Assembly (NCBI RefSeq): GCF_963921235.1
Contig: NC_086097.1
Location: 137,208,001-137,272,000 of the forward strand
Reading direction: 5' to 3'
DNA length: 64,000 nucleotides
Source of the DNA: Mobula hypostoma
Taxonomy: Eukaryota
Shown: positions 26,061 through 36,100 of the stretch, one piece after another
Numbering within the stretch: position 1 is the stretch's first letter
How the letters are laid out: each line of letters opens with the position of its first letter
Made by a program: the position numbers and the translations under genes
Notes under the pieces: model-generated
Databases searched by the model: none
What the model was told of the DNA's origin: nothing
What the model saw: the letters and a program-made list of their open reading frames with translations, nothing else

Positions 26061-27184
26061 TCTGGGGTCTGATGGTTGTAAAGATGGTTGTCAAAGATGT
26101 TTGAAATTCAGAGGAGGGGAGGGGTGGAGAGAACACAGGATTATTTGTGTAAAGTGGAGACCAGGAGACAGTGAATGGCACAAATGAGGCAAAGAAATAG
26201 TGACAAAGGCTTGTTAACCACAGCTAACCTGTCTGGTGTAGATTTCAGCAGGTCATGACAACAGGGGAGAGGTGAGGTAAAAAATAATGCTGAAACAATG
26301 TAGGAGTTCTTAGAGAAAAAATAGACAGGTCTGCATCTGCGGGTATACAAAGGGCAAGCAGATAATCCCCATCCCTCTCTTTCTTCAGTCACTGTCCCCT
26401 TCTCCCTCTAATCCTACACTCCAAAGATCCCTCTCTTCCTCTCTCCCACTGATCCTTGTTCTTCCCTCCTCCTCAATCCCTCTCCCCCTCCAATCCTGTA
26501 CACCCCTCTCCTTTTGCTATTCAATCCAGTCCTGTGTACTGCTCAGTCCCATCTATCTGACCCCTTTCCTACCTTCTTCCCCTTGCCCTCTACACCCTAT
26601 GACCTCCTGCTCTTTGACCTTCTGCCCCTCACCCTTCCTTCTACCCACAGTCCCTTTGGTCACCCTCTCATCCCACTCCGAACTGCAGCAACACCCCAGT
26701 CCTGTGACACAGACACGACCCCCTGCCTTCTTATTGCTCCAGCCTCCTGGCAAGGGCCCAGCTGTTCGGTGGAAGGAACTAGAAGATCCAGAAAGGAAGA
26801 AACTGGCCTCATCCGGCAGCTCCCTACGGGCAACTGGACGGACACCGCACTGGTTGGGCTTCGTGGGTGCTGGTAATGGGTGATGAACTCTGGGAATGCA
26901 CGTGTAAAAAGATGCAACTCTTTTGTCTGGTCACTCCTGGTGTGCACACACACCCCTCTGTAATTCACTGATCAACTGACAGGGATAAATGTAATGGTTG
27001 TGATTCTACAATTCAGGGACATACAGACACTCTGTCTTGAAGATGCCTGCAGACTGTAGTGTACAGGGGTTATTTGTTACTTTCCAACTTTGCCCAATAA
27101 ACAGCAGAGCAAGGTGGCGCATGCTCTCAGCTCTGTAGCAGTACCAGTGCACCAGCTAATTCAATTTGCTGCTACAGCAGCTCG

Positions 27185-27350
27185 TTTATAGCTGGGTGTG
27201 TTTGAAGTAACCTCCTCTCCGCAGACCAGAACTCACTTAGTGAAACTACTTACCAGACTGCTCCTCTCAACTCTGCTCTGGTCTCTGACCATTTCAGTAC
27301 ATCTCCTTCTCCTTTCAGCAGGCTGGCAAAGCTTTCAAACACTGGTGAGT
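27185..27350 (+). other. Candidate non-coding upstream exon or promoter of the NTPDase gene
   Basis: TTTATA at 27185 and a strong donor ACTG|GTGAGT at 27344/27345 in non-repetitive sequence. The ATG exon begins with a splice acceptor, so an upstream exon is required. Confidence 0.4.
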
Positions 27351-29035
27351 GCGTGCTTTTCTAAATATTTTTCACATTTAGTTTTTGCCATGGCAGGCAT
27401 GGAGAACTTAACTTAGGGTTTCTCAGTGAAGCTAAAACTTTGCTTTAATACTTGATGTGCTATAACTGGTCGCAGAATTAACATGTAATGGCTCCTTGGA
27501 CCCAGTTTCCTGGCTAAGTTGAGCAAGTGTGAAGGAAGTCTCAGTGTGTACAGGCAGGTGGAGGACTGATATAAATTACAACATCAGCTCCCCAATACTT
27601 TGATCTTTCAGTAACACTGAGATTTTGAACAGGATCAGACAAGTGCCCACTGACTGTTTTGACCTGCTCTTTGTATATTCACCCAGCTGTTATACATTCC
27701 GCCCAATACACACTCCCATCCCCACAGCTACATGTTTAACTGCAGCGCTTTGGTTCCTGCAAAATTCTTGTCCAGAGCAGCTGAAATCAAGATATAGAAT
27801 CTTCTGCCTGTGCAGCACAGTGCCAGGATGCTTGGCTCATCTGCTCCTCGCTGTAGTTTTCTGCTCCACATTGTCCTGCCATCCCTCTGCATCTCCCCCT
27901 ACCTCCGCATCCGTCAGTCCTTTCTTCCCTCTCACACCTCTCCAGCTGCCCTGTAAACCTATCTCTGCATTCACATCAACCATTCTCCATGGGGGTGTGC
28001 TCCGAGGTCCAAATCCTGCCCGAGCGCCCTTCCCCCTGAGTTCATTGTTGATGCAGGACAAGGTAGTGTAGTGGACACAGTTTGGTTCAGGCTGGTCCCT
28101 GAGGGCAGACCAGCTCTGCTTGATGAGAGGCTCTTCTCAGTGACTGAAGCCATGATCAACCTTGGCTGTGTTGGCCCCACGGTCAGATCATTGTCAGTAT
28201 TCACAGTTAAGGCTCGGGCATACAGATCTGACGCACCAAAGGGCTTCCAGTCCCATCACAGCATAGTTCTGTATTTTGGGGATGGGGGCTGGGTGTTGGG
28301 GCGCACTGTTACATTTACAGTTACTTATATATATCATGACTCCTCACACACACACATACATACCAAAAATACATGCATACAGATATGCATATAGATGCAT
28401 ACGCACACACTCAAGAAGATGTGTACACTCCAGTTCTCTCTCACACACACACACAAACACACAATTAGCTCAATGTGGAGAGAGGCAGTTCTCAGGGAGA
28501 GAGATGGTGGAACTCCGACATGAATTAAATGAAACAAAAGTTGGCTGGTTGTGTCAATGATAAGTTCATCTTAGAACTGCTCACCAGATTTGAGATGGTT
28601 TCTTTATGAATGTAATTGTGTACAGCTGGGACGTTCAGGTCTATAAGCTCAGTTCAGCTGTGTTTCCAGACAACCCAGTACAGACAGTGTTTCCAATCAG
28701 CACAGTTCAGACACAACCCCCAGGCAGTACATGTAGATAGTCAAACAATGCTTCAGACAGTTCAGCCCAGATTATTTCTGCACAAACCAGTCTAGACAGA
28801 GGTCCTGGCAGCACAAACTCCTGGACAAAGCTTCCAGACGACGTGACCCAGGCAATGACTCAAATGGTATGGACCAGGGAACACCATCCATTGCCCATAG
28901 GCCCCTGAGGTCACAAGTGATCAGTGAAACTCTGCAAAAATTAAATACGAAGCTGAACAACAATATAGTCATCTAGCACACAGTAGAAAAGCAGTGGGAG
29001 ATTTCACCCGCTGTTCCTCTCACAGTAAAGTTGTA

Positions 29036-29167
29036 TGATTAAAACAGTGTTATTGGGAGATTATGAACTGATTAAAACAGTGTTATTGGGAGATTATGAA
29101 CTGATTAAAACAGTGTTATTGGGAGATTATGAATTGATTAAAACAGTGTTATTGGGAGATTATGAAT
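29036..29167. repeat. 33-bp minisatellite, 4 copies
   Basis: TGATTAAAACAGTGTTATTGGGAGATTATGAA(C/T) x4, head to tail. Confidence 0.95.
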
Positions 29168-29654
29168 TCTCATGGAATGACATGCAGATCAGTCTCTAAT
29201 ATCATGGAGATCTGCAGAGACATGCAGATCTGCCTCTAATATCTAATCATGCTACATATAGTTTTGTGTCAGGATTTCCAGTCTGCAAAATGGACACTGT
29301 TATTATAGTGCATCTTTAAGAGCTGTCCAAAGCCTGAAGTGCAAATGTCAGTCAAACCCAGTAACCAAAATCAGCCCCTTTTGACAAGAATGTGAGGTAG
29401 ATAAGCAAGTTCCTTTGTTTTCCAAATTGCTAGTCAGAATGAACCCTCAGAACTTCCTTAATATCCAGTTGCTTTAATGAACTATGTTATTTAATAATTC
29501 ATGCATGTGTAGCCCCATCTCTGTTTTTACAGCTGGTTAGTCTTACTTTCCAAAGGTTTTGTGATTTGGTTAATTTCCCCATCAAACTGCACTGATCTAT
29601 TTCAGAATCAAACAGCTAGTAAAAGTGCCACTAATTCAATAAGTAAGAGGCTGC

Positions 29655-29708
29655 AACACACATAAAAGTTGCTTGAATTTCCAGCATCTGCAGAATTCCT
29701 CTTGTTTG
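29655..29708. mobile_element. 54-bp Penelope-tail mini-insertion with internal inversion
   Basis: 13-bp TSD AGTAAGAGGCTGC; contents match the PLE tail at 33988-34039. Confidence 0.8.
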
Positions 29709-30042
29709 AGTAAGAGGCTGCTTTTTATTTGTAGCTATTCCCATCCCGTTTAAGACTATTACAGTCTATGACGAATGGACTCTTGACCTCACAATCAATC
29801 TCATTATGGCCTTTTTGCAACTTGTTGCCTGCCTGTGCTGCACTTTCTCTGTAACTGTCACACTTTATTCTACGGTTCTGGTACTGTTTTTCCTTTGCGC
29901 CAACTCTATGCACTGATGCGATGAAATGATTCGTATAGATGGCATGCAAAATTAAGTTTTGCACTGTACCCCAGTGTGTGTGTCAATGATGAACCAATTT
30001 ATCAAGTTAAAACGTTGCCACTTTGTACAGGGAGGCTGAACG

Positions 30043-30159
30043 ATGGAGCTGAAGAAACCAATTTTAGCCGCAATCATAATCCTTCTAAGCAGTGTTGTTG
30101 CTATCATGGTTATCGCCATCATGCACTTGAAGAATCACACTATCGCTGCTGGGCTAAAG
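30043..30159 (+). CDS. ENTPD3: NTPDase coding exon 1: start codon and N-terminal TM helix
   Basis: Acceptor ...ttgtacag at 30030; in-frame upstream TGA at 30037 fixes ATG 30043; MELKKPILAAIIILLSSVVAIMVIAIMHLKNHTIAAGLK; donor GTAGGT at 30160. Confidence 0.85.
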
Positions 30160-33100
30160 GTAGGTCGCTCTTTGCAGCTGGGCAGGAAATGCAAGCACGC
30201 GCTCGTGAATGAGTTGGGACTCAGAGTGGATATAGAATTGTCCAGTGAGGAAATGGGCCCTTCAGCCCAGGAAACCAGTCCTGGTGTGTGACACCATGGA
30301 AACAGGCCCTTTGGGCCCAACACATTCATGCCAGCTGTGTTGTCCAGAGAGCTGGTTCCATCTGCTCATGGTTGGTCCATAGCCCTGTAAACCTCTACTT
30401 GTCCAGATGCCTCCTAAGCATTGCCAATGTGCCTGTCTCGACTACAATTTATTAGAGCTCATCCCAGATACGTGCCCACCCTCTGCGTGAAGAAGCTGCC
30501 CCAATATGCTTCTTAAATCTCTCATCTCTGATCTTGAACCAGTGCTGTCTTTTTTTTAGAACCTCCTGCCTGGGAAAGAAAGGTTGAGGTGCTTTTACAC
30601 TGTAAATGCCACCATCTTCTTAGGTACTGTACCTCTAGCAGGCCAAACCTCCATTTCCTGCATTCCTGGGAACTAATCCTACCCTGACGTTATTTTATTC
30701 TCCTCACATCCCTCTTCAAACTCCTCCGATTCCATCACTAACTCTTACACAACTGGTCAGCTTGCAGTGACCGATTAACAGACCAATCTGTACACCTTTG
30801 GGGTGTGGGAGGGAATCAAAGCAACCGTGTGGTTACCGAGGGCCGAGAGGAGTCAGGTCTAGAAGCCAAACGTACGCAGGTTGTGGAGGCAATTCCAATC
30901 TCAGTAGAGGAAAGGAAGTGGGAGAAGTGCATAAAGGGGGATAAACATTGGAGGGTGACTAGGGAGGGGAACCAGATGGTCTGCGTGGCCAGCAAGGACA
31001 TGAACGCTATAACCATATTGTGACTGTTGACAGAGGAAATGTAATGGGAAATATTACTACCACACATTAAACATTGACGTAGACTGTATCTTACTGTAGT
31101 CTAACTGTATCTTCTTGTACTCCATTTGTATCCAACTACCAACACAATAACAACATCTAAATGTACCCTAAGTGTACCTAAAGTTCTGCCCTATACAATC
31201 ACGGCCTAATTGAATCTATATTATAACTGCATCTAACTACGATCCAACTAATCGTATCACCTGTCGTTAATTGTACTTTATCACAGTTTTAACTATCCCT
31301 TACTATGTCCTAACCGTGCATCTTTTCAAGTACGGAATTGTCTTCGACGCAGGAGCCTCGAGTACAACTGTTTATGTTTATAACTGGCCGGCGGAAAAGG
31401 AGAATAACACGGGTGTCGTCAGTGAAAAGTACAAATGTAAAATTGAAGGTGCGGAACGCAAGTACATTTCAAACGTACCTCTCATTGGTTAAAAGAGGCA
31501 ATTAATTCACAAAATTTAAAGACTTGTTGGGGAGAACGTGATAACAGAAAAGGAAAACTAGCATTAGATGCTGATCAGCTTTAGCGTTGCTCATTCACTG
31601 TGGCAATGGGGGCTTTTCATAAAGGCTACACCGACAGGAGGGGAAACTGTTTCTCTTGGACAGTGCCCTTGACTGAGTTAGAAGGTCATGGACTTGGGCC
31701 TGTGTAAAAAAAATTCTGGGTTTACACATTCAATGAGGGAGTTCTTAAGGGTTAGGGGTACCATCTTTCAAAAGGGAAATGGTATTGCAGTTACAAGTTC
31801 CTATTGGTCAAGCACAAAGAGATCCTATAGCAACTTTGATGAAGTGCCAGGGTACTCTCTATGGTATCCCAAACAGCATCACTTAAACCGATCCTGTCAT
31901 TTTTGTACAATTATTTATGGAGCTGGCCGTGCCTAAGGTGTGACATACAGGACTTCATTATCAGTAACAACACACAAGATGCTGAAGGAGTTCAGTGGAT
32001 AGTCGACATTTCAGGCCGGGATTCTTCAGCTGCTTTGATAACCAGTATAACAGGGTGAAGGGAAGGAGTAGAGAAAGAGCTAACGAGATATCAGTGGACC
32101 TAGTTGAGAAGGGGGGAATGAAAGTAATGGGAGACACTGGAAAATGATAGGTGGATGTGACAAACGGCTGAAAATTATGCTTTGGGAACGCCTGAGGACT
32201 TTAGGATTCTTTAAAGTATATGTCTTCCCATTATCAGGATCGGCCATTTCTGATTTTGACCATAACCCAGCGGAGGCAGCTTCTTCATTGGAACAGTGTC
32301 TCAATAAAACAATAGAAGAGATCCCGGCAGAGAAACACAACGCTACGCCACTCTATTTTGGAGCTAGTGCAGGAATGCGACTACTCCGGTAAGATAATAA
32401 GAACATTTACTTAAACAATATCACACTGCAAAGTGAAAAGACTAAGTCATTCAAAAAACCCTGAGATTATAATAGAACACAGAATACTACAGCACAAGAA
32501 CAGGTCCTTCCATCCACTTAGCAGTGCCAAACTAATTAAACAAGGATTAAATATCTGACTAAATTAATCTCCCCTGCCTACCTAATGCCTATGTTCCTCC
32601 ATTCTCTGCACACTAAGATGTGACATCCCTCCATTCTCTGTGAAACACCACTTCTCCTGTACCTCCAGCCAGAATAAGTCCAATCAACCACTACCATCTG
32701 TCTTCTACGATGCAGCCAATTCTGAATCCAAAAGGCCAAGTCACTAGGAATTCTATGTATCTCAGTCTTCTGGATGAGCCTACCATGAGGGACTTTGTAG
32801 ACTACATCCACACCTCTATCTTCATCAGTCACCTTCGTCATCTCCTCAAAAAACTCAGTCAAGTTACCAGGACATGAATTGGCCCACACAAAGCCATACT
32901 GCCTATCCCTGTTTAGACTATGGTTTTCCAAATGTTCATAAATCCTACCCTCTAAAAATCCTCTCATACAGATTCCCTATCACTGATGTGAGGCTCACCA
33001 GTCTATAGTTTCCAGGATTATTCCTATTTCCCTTCTGGAATATCAAAACAACATTAGCTACTTCAAAGTTGCTGGTGAACGCAGCAGGCCAGGCAGCATC

Positions 33101-36100
33101 TCTAGGAAGAGGTACAGTCGACGTTTCAGGCCGAGACCCTTCGTCAGGACTAACTGAAGGAAGAGTTAGTAAGAGATTTGAAAGTGGGAGGGGAGTGGGG
33201 AGATCCAAAATGATAGAAGACAGGAGGGGGAGGGATGGAGCCAAGAGCTGGATAGGTGATTGGCAAAGGGGATGTGAGAGGATCATGGGACAGGAGGTCC
33301 AGGGAGAAAGACAAGGGGTGGGGGGAACCCAGAGGATAGGCAAGGGGTATTGTCAGAGGGGCAGAGGGAGAAAAAGGAGAGTGAGAGAAAGAATGTGTGT
33401 ATAAAAATAAATAGGGATGGGGTACGAGGGGGAGGTGGGGCCTTAGCGGAAGTTAGAGAAGTCAATGTTCATGCCATCAGGTTGGAGGCTACCCAAATGG
33501 AATATAAGGTGTTGTTCCTCCAACCTGAGTGTGGCTTCATCTTTACAGTAGAGGAGGCCGTGGATAGACATGTCAGAATGGGAATGGGATGTGGAATTAA
33601 AATGTGTGGCCACTGGGAGATCCTGCTTTCTCTGGCGGACAGAGCATAGGTGTTCAGCGAAACGGTCTCCCAGTCTGCGTCGGGCCTTGCAATATATAAA
33701 AGGCCACATCGGGAGCACCGGACGCAGTGTATCACCCCAGCCGACTCACAGGTGAAGTGATGCCTCACCTGGAAGGACTGTTTGGGGCCCTGAATGGTGG
33801 TAAGGGAGGAAGTGTAAGGGCATGTGTAGCACTCTTTCCGCTTACAAGGATAAGTGCCAGGAGGGAGATCAGTGGGGAGGGATGGGGGGGACGAATGGAC
33901 AAGGGAGTCGCGTAGGGAGCGATCCCTGTGGAAAGCAGTGGGGGGGGAGGGAAAGATGTGCTTAGTGGTGGGATCCCGTTGGAGGTGAACTTTGATGTGT
34001 GTTGCTTGAATTTCCAGCATCTGCAGAATTCCTGTTGTTAACATTAGCTACTTGCTAGTCCTCTGGGACCTCACCTGTTGCTAGAGAAAATGAAGATCTT
34101 AGTCAAGGTTACAGCTAACTCACCCTTGCATCTCTCAATAATCTGAGTGTGTCCCATCAGACACTGGGGACATACGCCTTAACTTTCTTCAAGAGACTCA
34201 ATGCTAACAATTTCTTTATCTCTAAATGCCCCAGCATATTAGCACATTCCATACAGATCTCACTATTATCACCTTGGTAAATACCAACACAAAGCACCCA
34301 TTTAGGACCTCATCCATATTCTCCGCTTCGAAGTACATGTTTCCTCCTTTATCCTTGATTATCATCTTGGGGCTCTCATTAATCCTACTTGCCAATGATT
34401 TTTCATAAGAGGAGGGGGTCATTTAACCCCTTGCACGGTCTCCAATCAATACGATTATGGCTAAACTGACATTCCTCAGGTCACACTCTTGCATTTCCCC
34501 TGTGGCCTTTGGCTCAGCTCTACACTAAGATGATCCAAAGACTCACTCTCTGAGAGAAATAGTTCTTTCTCATCAGATTTAAATGGATGCTACTTTATTC
34601 TGACACCATGCCCTCCGGTTCTGTACTATCCCATGATAGAAAACATGCTCTCAATATTTACTCTGTCTAGACCCTTGCCAATCTTACATGTTCCAAATGA
34701 AAAAGGTGTACATGTCTTTAACTTGGCTCCACCTCTTCTGTTCCATCTGTCAGAACACAGAATTCATCTGCCTCTACTATGATCCTCTCTGCCATTGAAA
34801 ACTACCTCCGCTCCTCACCATTTGATTTTAAAGGTGCCCAAATTATCTCAGGGAAAGAGGAAGGGGCCTACGGATGGATTACGGCGAATTATTTACTGGG
34901 TAACTTCCGCCAGGTTTGTCAAAGTCACATTCATGAGGTAGGGAATGTTGTGAGCGGATTAAAAGCAGGTGAAGCAGCATCTATGGAGAGAGAAGCAGAG
35001 TCACACTCACAACGCGCTGCAGGAGCTCAGCAGGTCGGGCAGCATCCGTGGAAATGATCAGTCGACGTTTTGGGCCGGAACCCTTCGTCAGGACTGTAGG
35101 GGGAAGGGGCAGAGGCCCTATAAAGAAGGTAGGGGGGTAGGGTGGGAAGGAGAAGGCTGGTAGGGTCCAGGTGAAAAACCAGTAAGTGGAAAGATAAAGG
35201 GGTGGGAGAGGGGAAGCAGGGAGGGGATAGGCAGGAAAGGTGAAGAAGGAATAGGGGAAAACACAATGGGTAGTAGAAGGAGGCGGAACCAAGAGGGAGG
35301 TGGTAGGCAGCTGGAGGAGGGGGCAGAGTAACATAGGGATAGGGGAAGGGAGGGGGAGGGAATTACCGGAAAATGGAGAATTCTTTGTTCACACCAAGGG
35401 GCTCGAGACTACCTGGACGGTATATGAAGTGTTGCTCCTCCAACCTGAGTTTAGCCTCATCATGGCAGTAGAGGAGGCCATGTATGGACATATCTGAATG
35501 GGAGTGGGAAGCAAAGTTGAAGTGGGTGGCTACTGAGAGATCCTGTCTGTTTTCAACTCTGCTTCCCTACTACCCTATTCTTTCTTCACCTTTCCTGCCT
35601 ATCACTTCCCTGCTTCCCCTCCCCCACCCCTTTATCTTTCCCCTTACTGGTTCTTCACTTGGAACCTACCAGCCTTCTCCTTCCCACCCTCCCCCTACCT
35701 TCTTTATAGGGCCTCTGCCCCTTCCCCCTACAGTCCTGATGAAGGGTTCCAGCCCGAAACGTCGACTGGTCATTTCCACTGATGCTGCCCGACCTGCTGA
35801 GTTTCTCCAGCGCGTTGTGAGTGTTGCTTTGACCCCAGCGTCTGCACAGTATTTTGTGTTTACGAGAAGCAGAGTCGCTTTTTCAGGTTGAAGACCCTGT
35901 ATCAGAACGGACAAGTTAGCAATCATGTTAATTTTAAGTTTCAGAGAAAGATGTAAAGGGCAGTGGAAATATTTCTGGTAGAGTGAGACCATGCTTTTGA
36001 GTGGAGGATCTGCTAGCCCTCTTCCTTTAATCTTGGGGCTGACCGCTACCAGTGGCAGAGACTCTCCTTTGTATCATTAGTACTTGGGCACAGAGTGCTG

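Larger units (their letters stand above)
32470..34390 (-). mobile_element. CR1 ORF2 fragments hosting a Penelope insertion
   Basis: ANVVLIFQKGNRNNPGNYRLVSLTSV, QYGFV..NSC, KVPHGRL motifs. Confidence 0.75.

Noticed and set aside
29036..29167. 33-bp direct repeats resembling a CRISPR array
   Set aside because: The units are contiguous with no spacers, there are no cas genes, and the context is eukaryotic; it is a minisatellite.
31080..31310. AT-rich quasi-periodic (ctaact/gtatc) stretch before NTPDase coding exon 2
   Set aside because: It is a degenerate low-complexity intronic sequence with no definable unit or function.
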